The position numbers and the translations under genes were made by a program. The notes below the pieces were generated by a model. The model was not told the DNA's origin. It ran no database searches and worked only from the letters and a program-made list of their open reading frames with translations. This document shows positions 56,516 to 64,000 of a stretch of DNA of 64,000 nt, in pieces. The stretch lies in assembly GCF_045037415.1 (NCBI RefSeq), contig NZ_CP173438.1; one strand, written 5' to 3'. Position 1 is the stretch's first letter; each line of letters starts with the position of its first letter. The stretch is from Escherichia coli (GTDB lineage Bacteria; Pseudomonadota; Gammaproteobacteria; Enterobacterales; Enterobacteriaceae).

Positions 56516-59062
56516 TCAAGAAAAATACTGCTGCAACAGCGGCGCGTCATGCTCCTGATTGGCAGGTGGCATGTTACCGATAGATTTGGTGCGAAACGGA
56601 ATCACCTGTTCACGACCATCAACCTTCACAATCTGATAGAACTGCGGCAGGTTGAAGTTGATGAAGCTTGAGCCGTAGGTGAAACGGTCGTGCGAAGACG
56701 AGTAGAAGCGACTGACGTCACGCACCAGTTCCTCTTTGCTGCCTTCGCAGTGGTGATACACCTCAACCCGGTTGCTTTCGTCGAGAATGTAGATATTAAA
56801 GCCATTCTCGTCTTGCGTTTCTTCGAAGAAGAACTGGATGATCCCTTCGCTGGCAAAGCCGTCCACCACCGCCGGTAATTTGACGTGATTGGTTTCAACC
56901 TGCACTGACAGGCCGTGCAGTTTGTTATGCGAAATAGCGCCATAAAACTCGATGGCGTTTTCCAGTTTCTGTACCGATACATTCAGCCGTTCGAAGAACA
57001 AGCCCCAGGTTTGACCGGAGACGCGCAGCGCCTTGAAGCGCCCGGTTTCCTGGCGGGTGCTGGAAAGACGCAGTTCAATACACTCAGAAACCAGTTGCTG
57101 CACGCGAGTACGGATTAACCCGCGCAGATGCTGGCTATAACAGAAGACTTCCACGCTATCTGGCGGTGCGGCGTCCTGATGCATTTTGCCGAGAATAGTT
57201 TTCAGGGCTTCGATCATCGATTGCTCGCCGTTGAAGTGCAGCGTACGCACTTCGTTCCACGAGTTGCGATACAGCAGGTCAACGCTACCCACCAGGCAAT
57301 TTTGATTCTCGCCAAAGCTGAAGACATCCAGCTTACGGAAATCAAAATGCACCACCTGATTGCGGAAGGCTGCCGTCGGGTCATATTCCAGGTTAACGAT
57401 AATCGCCAGATGGCGGATCTCACACGGGCTGTAGAGCGCCTTCGGTGTCGGTGCAGGTAAGCGCAGCGGGAAATGGTGCGACACGTCTGCGACCATCTCC
57501 TGCAACTTAGGCAAATCGACAATGCCGTTACCTTTAATATACAAACGGGTGCGAGAGGTCAGCAGGCCGTTAAACCATGCCCACGCCACCAGTTTATTCA
57601 GGTAGCGATTATATTCCAGCGGCTGATGGCTGATGATTGACTCAATATTTGGCGCGCGGTTATACAGATACCAACCTGAACGGTTGGCGCGGCCCGGCGG
57701 TACATAAATAAAGGTCAGATTCGGTTCCGAGAGATCGGGCGAAATCTGCGGGTTTACCAGCGTCACTTTACCCGGTAATGCTTCAAACGCGGCGTACAGT
57801 TTACGTGTCAGCACGCCGATATCCTGCGGGCTGGCGGAGACGCTAAGGTTATTGCGGCGCGCAAAGCGGATCAGATTACGGTAGCTCTGCATCATTGCGT
57901 CGAGCAGCTCGTTGTGCGCCTCACGCACCTGATCTATCTTCCAGTTAGCGCGGTTATCGAGCATTGCCAGACGAGCTTCGTCCCAACCCCACTCGCTCAC
58001 TAACTGGCTCAACACTGCGCGACGCCAGCCTACACAGGCGCGTTCACGGCTGAGCTTTTCGCACACTTTTAAATAGAAGCAGCGACGCACTAAATCCAGA
58101 CGGGTGAAATCTTCAATCGCCGTCAGGTATTCAGTAACACGCTCCAGCATCATGCAGTACGGGTCGAGGCCAAACGATACAATCTCGCCGTCGTGCAAAC
58201 GCTGTTTGATATCTTTCGCCAGCAGACGTGGGTTCGGGTATTCCCAGGAATAGGCTTCCAGCAGCAGTGTTTTCAGCACCGCTTTGTATGGGGAATCGAT
58301 ACTCTTGTAGAGCTGCCAAAGGCTGGCACCAAAGTACTCTTCAGCAGAAAGCGAGCTTAAGCCACCAAGATCCAGCCATTCATTTGGCGTCAGCACGCCC
58401 TGCGCGTAAAGCGTCATCACATAGTCGTCGTAATGCTCTTCTTCGTCGCACGGCACCATATTCCACAGAATACGCTTACCGGCGAGACGCACGGCGGTAC
58501 GATAAAATTCGTCAAGCAGCAGTATATGCTGGGTGGAGCCACAATCTTCGCCCCCCAGGCTGCCGCTTTCATTATGACGGAAGCGGTTTTCATCAATCAG
58601 GAAGAAGCTGACTTCCACACCCAGCGAGGCGGCCCAGCTTTCCAGCAGACTACATTTACGTTGTAGCAACTGGCGCTCTTCGCTATCGAGCCAGGATTGA
58701 TGACAGACCCAGATATCCAGGTCAGAGGAACAACTTTGCCCTACGGACGAGGTGCTGCCCATGGTGTATACACCAGTAATTGGAAGCTCACCTTTCGGTG
58801 GGTCCTGTACTGACATTCCACGATACAGTTCAAGCTCGTTCAGGTAGTGGCGTTGAGTTTCATCAGGCGTGTAAAGGCAAATGCCTTTGGGAACGTTACC
58901 ATCAAGGTAACCCGGCATTAGCGGATGGTGATAGTGCAACAATGTCGGCAGTAGACTGTAGACCTGTTGGAATGCAGGCCCCATAGCAGCAAGCGCGCGA
59001 TCCACACGCAATTGATTTATGGCATCCAGTCTCTGTTTCAGAGTCTCAATATAGAGGTACAA
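56516..59062 (-). CDS. cyaA: Adenylate cyclase (class I)
   Basis: 848 aa, matches CyaA; non-ATG (TTG) start as in K-12. Confidence 0.95.
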   Translation of the reverse strand: MYLYIETLKQRLDAINQLRVDRALAAMGPAFQQVYSLLPTLLHYHHPLMPGYLDGNVPKGICLYTPDETQRHYLNELELYRGMSVQDPPKGELPITGVYTMGSTSSVGQSCSSDLDIWVCHQSWLDSEERQLLQRKCSLLESWAASLGVEVSFFLIDENRFRHNESGSLGGEDCGSTQHILLLDEFYRTAVRLAGKRILWNMVPCDEEEHYDDYVMTLYAQGVLTPNEWLDLGGLSSLSAEEYFGASLWQLYKSIDSPYKAVLKTLLLEAYSWEYPNPRLLAKDIKQRLHDGEIVSFGLDPYCMMLERVTEYLTAIEDFTRLDLVRRCFYLKVCEKLSRERACVGWRRAVLSQLVSEWGWDEARLAMLDNRANWKIDQVREAHNELLDAMMQSYRNLIRFARRNNLSVSASPQDIGVLTRKLYAAFEALPGKVTLVNPQISPDLSEPNLTFIYVPPGRANRSGWYLYNRAPNIESIISHQPLEYNRYLNKLVAWAWFNGLLTSRTRLYIKGNGIVDLPKLQEMVADVSHHFPLRLPAPTPKALYSPCEIRHLAIIVNLEYDPTAAFRNQVVHFDFRKLDVFSFGENQNCLVGSVDLLYRNSWNEVRTLHFNGEQSMIEALKTILGKMHQDAAPPDSVEVFCYSQHLRGLIRTRVQQLVSECIELRLSSTRQETGRFKALRVSGQTWGLFFERLNVSVQKLENAIEFYGAISHNKLHGLSVQVETNHVKLPAVVDGFASEGIIQFFFEETQDENGFNIYILDESNRVEVYHHCEGSKEELVRDVSRFYSSSHDRFTYGSSFINFNLPQFYQIVKVDGREQVIPFRTKSIGNMPPANQEHDAPLLQQYFS

Positions 59063-59448
59063 GACGTATCGCCTGATTTGCTACCCGTCATGACTGTGAT
59101 TCCGCCAACATCAACGGTAACACGCGGCATTCGGGATATTTCGTATGTCAAAGGTAACCGTTACCACTTTTCGCGCCTGGTTTTTTTAGTTTCACGACGA
59201 AAAAATGGTCTAAAACGTGATCAATTTAACACCTTGCTGATTGACCGTAAAGAAAGATGCGCTACATACAAGTGTAGCACCGTTTATTCTCTGTAAATTC
59301 CTTATTACGAAGGCTCAAAGCGCCTGTCAGGATCCACTGCCCGACCTCATTTTACGGTTTGCGCAGGCGTCTACGTTTCACCACAACACTGACATCGCTC
59401 TGGCAAGGATGTTAGGATGGACCACGGATGATAATGACGGTAACAAGC

Positions 59449-60390
59449 ATGTTAGACAATGTTTTAAGAATTGCCACACGCCAAAGCCCACTTGCACTCT
59501 GGCAGGCACACTATGTCAAAGACAAGTTGATGGCGAGCCATCCGGGCCTGGTCGTTGAACTGGTACCGATGGTGACGCGCGGCGATGTGATTCTTGATAC
59601 GCCGCTGGCGAAAGTAGGCGGAAAAGGCTTATTTGTTAAAGAGCTGGAAGTCGCGCTCCTCGAAAATCGCGCCGATATCGCCGTACATTCGATGAAAGAT
59701 GTGCCGGTTGAATTCCCGCAAGGTCTGGGGCTGGTCACTATTTGCGAGCGTGAAGATCCTCGCGATGCATTTGTGTCCAATAACTATGACAGTCTGGATG
59801 CGTTACCGGCAGGCAGTATCGTCGGGACGTCCAGTTTACGTCGCCAGTGCCAACTGGCTGAACGCCGCCCGGATCTGATTATCCGCTCCCTGCGCGGCAA
59901 CGTCGGCACTCGCCTGAGCAAACTGGATAACGGTGAATACGATGCCATCATTCTTGCCGTAGCCGGACTAAAACGTTTAGGTCTGGAGTCCCGCATTCGC
60001 GCCGCGTTGCCACCCGAGATTTCTCTTCCGGCGGTAGGGCAAGGTGCGGTGGGCATTGAATGCCGCCTTGATGATGCACGCACTCGCGAGCTGCTCGCCG
60101 CGCTGAATCACCACGAAACTGCACTGCGTGTTACCGCCGAACGCGCCATGAATACCCGTCTCGAAGGCGGATGTCAGGTGCCAATTGGTAGCTACGCCGA
60201 GCTTATTGATGGCGAAATCTGGCTGCGTGCGTTGGTCGGCGCGCCGGACGGTTCGCTGATTATTCGCGGTGAACGCCGCGGTGCGCCGCAAGATGCCGAA
60301 CAAATGGGGATTTCGCTGGCAGAAGAGCTACTGAATAACGGCGCGCGCGAGATCCTCGCTGAAGTCTATAACGGAGACGCCCCGGCATGA
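59449..60390 (+). CDS. hemC: Porphobilinogen deaminase (hydroxymethylbilane synthase)
   Basis: 313 aa from [19 protein letters not shown] (the ORF track starts 7 codons upstream). Confidence 0.9.
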   Translation: MLDNVLRIATRQSPLALWQAHYVKDKLMASHPGLVVELVPMVTRGDVILDTPLAKVGGKGLFVKELEVALLENRADIAVHSMKDVPVEFPQGLGLVTICEREDPRDAFVSNNYDSLDALPAGSIVGTSSLRRQCQLAERRPDLIIRSLRGNVGTRLSKLDNGEYDAIILAVAGLKRLGLESRIRAALPPEISLPAVGQGAVGIECRLDDARTRELLAALNHHETALRVTAERAMNTRLEGGCQVPIGSYAELIDGEIWLRALVGAPDGSLIIRGERRGAPQDAEQMGISLAEELLNNGAREILAEVYNGDAPA

Positions 60391-61127
60391 GTATCCTGGT
60401 CACCCGCCCGTCTCCCGCAGGAGAAGAGTTAGTGAGCCGTCTGCGCACACTGGGGCAGGTGGCCTGGCATTTTCCGCTGATTGAGTTTTCTCCGGGTCGA
60501 CAATTACCGCAACTTGCTGATCAACTGGCAGCGCTGGGAGAGAGCGATCTGTTGTTTGCCCTCTCGCAACACGCGGTTGCTTTTGCCCAATCACAGCTGC
60601 ATCAGCAAGATCGTAAATGGCCCCGACTACCTACTTATTTCGCCATTGGACGCACCACCGCGCTGGCACTACATACCGTAAGCGGACAGAAGATTCTCTA
60701 CCCACAGGATCGGGAAATCAGCGAAGTCTTGCTACAATTACCTGAATTACAAAATATTGCGGGCAAATGTGCGCTGATATTACGTGGCAATGGCGGTCGT
60801 GAGCTAATTGGGGATTCCCTGACGGCGCGCGGTGCTGAGGTCACTTTTTGTGAATGTTATCAACGATGCGCAATCCATTACGATGGTGCAGAAGAAGCGA
60901 TGCGCTGGCAATCCCGCGAGGTGACGACGGTCGTTGTTACCAGCGGTGAAATGTTGCAGCAACTCTGGTCGCTGATCCCACAATGGTATCGTGAGCACTG
61001 GTTACTACGCTGTCGACTATTGGTCGTCAGTGAGCGTTTGGCGAAACTCGCCCGGGAACTGGGCTGGCAAGACATTAAGGTCGCCGATAACGCTGACAAC
61101 GATGCGCTTTTACGGGCATTACAATAA
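60387..61127 (+). CDS. hemD: Uroporphyrinogen-III synthase
   Basis: 246 aa, 4-bp overlap with hemC, matches HemD. Confidence 0.9.
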   Translation: MSILVTRPSPAGEELVSRLRTLGQVAWHFPLIEFSPGRQLPQLADQLAALGESDLLFALSQHAVAFAQSQLHQQDRKWPRLPTYFAIGRTTALALHTVSGQKILYPQDREISEVLLQLPELQNIAGKCALILRGNGGRELIGDSLTARGAEVTFCECYQRCAIHYDGAEEAMRWQSREVTTVVVTSGEMLQQLWSLIPQWYREHWLLRCRLLVVSERLAKLARELGWQDIKVADNADNDALLRALQ

Positions 61128-61148
61128 CTCTCATAACAGGAAGCCATA

Positions 61149-62354
61149 ATGACGGAACAAGAAAAAACCTCCGCCGTGGTTGAAGAGACCAGGGAGGCCG
61201 TGGACACCACGTCACAACCTGTCGCAACAGAAAAAAAGAGTAAGAACAATACCGCATTGATTCTCAGCGCGGTGGCTATCGCTATTGCTCTGGCGGCGGG
61301 CGTCGGTTTGTATGGCTGGGGTAAACAACAGGCCGTCAATCAGACTGCCACCAGCGATGCCCTGGCTAACCAACTTACGGCACTGCAAAAAGCCCAGGAG
61401 AGCCAAAAAGCCGAGCTGGAAGGCATTATCAAGCAACAAGCTGTACAGCTTGAGCAGGCGAATCGTCAGCAAGAAACGCTGGCAAAACAGCTGGATGAAG
61501 TCCAACAAAAGGTCGCCACCATTTCCGGCAGCGATGCTAAAACCTGGCTGCTGGCCCAGGCCGATTTTCTGGTGAAACTCGCCGGACGGAAGCTGTGGAG
61601 CGATCAGGACGTCACGACCGCTGCAGCGTTGCTGAAAAGTGCAGACGCCAGCCTGGCGGATATGAATGACCCGAGTCTGATTACCGTTCGCCGGGCAATT
61701 ACCGATGATATCGCCAGCCTTTCTGCGGTATCGCAGGTGGATTATGACGGTATCATCCTTAAGCTTAATCAGCTTTCAAATCAGGTAGATAATCTGCGTC
61801 TGGCCGATAATGACAGCGATGGTTCGCCGATGGATTCCGACGGTGAAGAGCTTTCCAGTTCCATCAGCGAATGGCGTATCAATCTGCAAAAAAGCTGGCA
61901 GAATTTTATGGACAACTTCATTACGATTCGCCGTCGTGATGACACTGCCGTACCGCTGTTAGCGCCAAATCAGGATATCTATCTGCGCGAAAATATCCGC
62001 TCTCGCCTGCTGGTCGCAGCACAAGCTGTACCGCGTCACCAGGAAGAGACTTATCGCCAGGCGCTGGAGAACGTCTCCACCTGGGTACGTGCTTACTACG
62101 ATACTGATGATGCCACCACCAAAGCGTTCCTCGACGAGGTGGACCAGTTAAGCCAGCAAAATATCTCGATGGATCTTCCGGAAACCCTGCAAAGCCAGGC
62201 GATGCTGGAAAAATTGATGCAGACCCGCGTGCGTAACCTGCTGGCACAACCGGCAGCAGGGACAACGGAAGCTAAACCTGCACCTGCACCTGCACCTGCA
62301 CCTGCACCTGCACCGCAAGCTGATGCTCCGGCAGCCGCGCCGCAAGGAGAATAA
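61149..62354 (+). CDS. hemX: HemX-family membrane protein (putative uroporphyrinogen-III C-methyltransferase)
   Basis: 401 aa; N-terminal TM helix, coiled-coil, C-terminal Pro-Ala repeat. Confidence 0.85.
   Translation: MTEQEKTSAVVEETREAVDTTSQPVATEKKSKNNTALILSAVAIAIALAAGVGLYGWGKQQAVNQTATSDALANQLTALQKAQESQKAELEGIIKQQAVQLEQANRQQETLAKQLDEVQQKVATISGSDAKTWLLAQADFLVKLAGRKLWSDQDVTTAAALLKSADASLADMNDPSLITVRRAITDDIASLSAVSQVDYDGIILKLNQLSNQVDNLRLADNDSDGSPMDSDGEELSSSISEWRINLQKSWQNFMDNFITIRRRDDTAVPLLAPNQDIYLRENIRSRLLVAAQAVPRHQEETYRQALENVSTWVRAYYDTDDATTKAFLDEVDQLSQQNISMDLPETLQSQAMLEKLMQTRVRNLLAQPAAGTTEAKPAPAPAPAPAPAPQADAPAAAPQGE
62277..62312 (+). repeat. Perfect hexanucleotide tandem repeat (cctgca)x6 inside hemX, encoding (Pro-Ala)6
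   Basis: Read directly from the sequence: cctgcacctgcacctgcacctgcacctgcacctgca. Confidence 0.9.
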
Positions 62355-62356
62355 CC

Positions 62357-63553
62357 ATGCTAAAAGTGTTATTGCTCTTTGTGTTGCTGATTGCGGGGAT
62401 CGTGGTTGGCCCGATGATTGCCGGCCATCAGGGTTACGTGCTGATCCAGACCGACAACTACAATATTGAAACTAGCGTCACGGGCCTCGCGATTATTTTG
62501 ATTCTGGCGATGGTAGTGCTGTTTGCCATTGAGTGGCTACTGCGGCGAATCTTCCGCACAGGCGCGCACACCCGTGGGTGGTTTGTCGGACGTAAGCGTC
62601 GCCGTGCACGTAAGCAGACCGAACAGGCGCTGCTGAAACTGGCGGAAGGCGATTATCAGCAAGTTGAAAAGCTGATGGCGAAAAATGCCGATCACGCTGA
62701 ACAACCGGTGGTGAACTATCTACTGGCAGCCGAAGCCGCGCAACAACGTGGTGATGAAGCACGCGCCAACCAACATCTGGAACGCGCAGCGGAGCTGGCC
62801 GGCAATGACACCATTCCGGTAGAAATCACCCGTGTACGTCTGCAACTGGCCCGTAATGAAAACCATGCAGCACGTCACGGCGTTGATAAGCTGCTGGAAG
62901 TTACGCCACGCCATCCGGAAGTATTACGTCTGGCGGAACAGGCGTATATCCGCACAGGGGCATGGAGTTCGCTGCTGGATATCATCCCATCAATGGCGAA
63001 AGCCCATGTTGGTGATGAAGAACATCGTGCAATGCTGGAACAACAGGCATGGATTGGCCTGATGGATCAGGCGCGTGCCGATAACGGTAGCGAAGGTTTG
63101 CGTAACTGGTGGAAAAACCAAAGCCGGAAAACGCGTCATCAGGTGGCCTTGCAGGTGGCAATGGCGGAACATCTTATTGAGTGTGACGATCATGATACTG
63201 CCCAGCAAATTATCATCGACGGCCTGAAACGCCAGTATGACGATCGCCTGCTGCTGCCGATCCCGCGTCTGAAAACCAATAATCCGGAACAGCTGGAAAA
63301 AGTGCTGCGCCAACAGATCAAAAACGTGGGCGATCGCCCGCTGTTGTGGAGCACACTGGGTCAGTCGCTGATGAAACACGGAGAATGGCAGGAAGCATCG
63401 CTCGCCTTCCGCGCAGCGCTGAAACAACGTCCGGACGCCTACGATTACGCATGGCTTGCCGACGCGCTGGACAGACTGCACAAGCCGGAAGAAGCCGCAG
63501 CGATGCGTCGCGACGGTTTGATGCTAACGTTGCAAAACAACCCACCGCAGTAA
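62357..63553 (+). CDS. hemY: HemY-family TPR membrane protein
   Basis: 398 aa, 2 N-terminal TM helices + TPR-like repeats, matches HemY. Confidence 0.9.
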   Translation: MLKVLLLFVLLIAGIVVGPMIAGHQGYVLIQTDNYNIETSVTGLAIILILAMVVLFAIEWLLRRIFRTGAHTRGWFVGRKRRRARKQTEQALLKLAEGDYQQVEKLMAKNADHAEQPVVNYLLAAEAAQQRGDEARANQHLERAAELAGNDTIPVEITRVRLQLARNENHAARHGVDKLLEVTPRHPEVLRLAEQAYIRTGAWSSLLDIIPSMAKAHVGDEEHRAMLEQQAWIGLMDQARADNGSEGLRNWWKNQSRKTRHQVALQVAMAEHLIECDDHDTAQQIIIDGLKRQYDDRLLLPIPRLKTNNPEQLEKVLRQQIKNVGDRPLLWSTLGQSLMKHGEWQEASLAFRAALKQRPDAYDYAWLADALDRLHKPEEAAAMRRDGLMLTLQNNPPQ

Positions 63554-63555
63554 TC

Positions 63556-63588
63556 TATATCGCCTCGTTCAGGGGCGATATTTTTTTA
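63556..63588 (+). terminator. Rho-independent terminator of the hemCDXY operon
   Basis: atatcgcc-tcgttcagg-ggcgatat stem followed by 7 T. Confidence 0.6.
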
Positions 63589-63602
63589 CAAGGATGTCAA
63601 AC

Positions 63603-64000
63603 ATGCGCACACCGTCCCGCTATATTTTCCGCTTACCATCACATGAAATTAATCCTTTTCGGGCAACGCTCTTGCTGATTTTGTTGATATGTGCCGTTCT
63701 GGCTGGCGTAAGTTGGCTGATTCTGTCCTTCGTACGTACAGGCAATACATTCATCTTCTGGTTAACACTTTTTATTGGGTATCTGATAGCCATTGCGAAG
63801 CAGGAAAAAATCAAGCTCATCGAGAAGCGCCAGATTATGGCTGATAAACGTCAGGGACTTTCCATTTGTCAGTTCGCACGCCAATTTTCCCCCCACACCG
63901 TAGATACATGGGTGATTCGGGCTGTGTGGAATACCTTACAAGGAAACGGCTATATCGATTATCCATTACCACTGAAAGCCAGTGATAAACTGGACGATGA
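63603..64000 (+). CDS. Hypothetical membrane protein, 5' part only (ORF runs off the window end)
   Basis: ATG at 63603 opens a stop-free frame of at least 132 codons (MRTPSRYIFRLPSHEINPFRATLLLILLICAVLAGVSWLILSFV...), with two predicted TM helices then a charged soluble region. It is not in the ORF track because no stop is reached. Confidence 0.3.
   Translation, partial: MRTPSRYIFRLPSHEINPFRATLLLILLICAVLAGVSWLILSFVRTGNTFIFWLTLFIGYLIAIAKQEKIKLIEKRQIMADKRQGLSICQFARQFSPHTVDTWVIRAVWNTLQGNGYIDYPLPLKASDKLDD

Noticed and set aside
63590-64000. GlmZ sRNA expected near hemY
   Set aside because: I looked for the GlmZ sequence as I remember it and did not find it in the 400 bp after hemY. It may lie beyond the window, so no ncRNA feature is reported.

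Overview
This window reads as an Escherichia coli chromosomal segment, in reverse orientation to K-12 numbering, running fadB(3' end)-fadA-fre-ubiD-rfaH-tatDCBA-ubiB-ubiJ-ubiE-rmuC // udp-ysgA // metE-metR-yigM-yigL-pldB-rhtB // rhtC-recQ-pldA-yigI-rarD-yigG-yigF-corA-yigE // uvrD-yigB-xerC-yigA-dapF-yifL-cyaY-cyaA-hemCDXY. Core genes were recognised by comparing the supplied ORF translations with protein sequences recalled from memory; where the ORF track starts at an upstream in-frame codon I trimmed to the start I recall for K-12. The '//' marks are places where gene content differs from the K-12 order as I recall it: (1) a ~5.5 kb module between rmuC and udp (IclR regulator, DgoK-like kinase, DgoA-like aldolase, TctCBA transporter); (2) a ~14 kb block between ysgA and metE with two modules, a carbamoyl-transfer/carbamate-kinase cluster with an isochorismatase-family amidase and an NCS1 permease, and an RpiR-regulated PTS EIICB + 6-phospho-3-hexuloisomerase-like + transketolase operon; (3) an Rpn-family PD-(D/E)XK nuclease gene between rhtB and rhtC; (4) a signal-peptide-bearing DUF62 (SAM hydroxide adenosyltransferase-like) gene between yigE and uvrD. 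No integrase, transposase, tRNA, rRNA or CRISPR array was seen. The strongest candidates for an undescribed system are the carbamate-kinase cluster and the PTS/hexuloisomerase/transketolase operon. All family assignments are from motif recognition without database searches. Non-CDS coordinates were counted by hand and may be off by 1-3 bp; at one spot (around 32760) my reading of the sequence text did not agree with the ORF track by one base.
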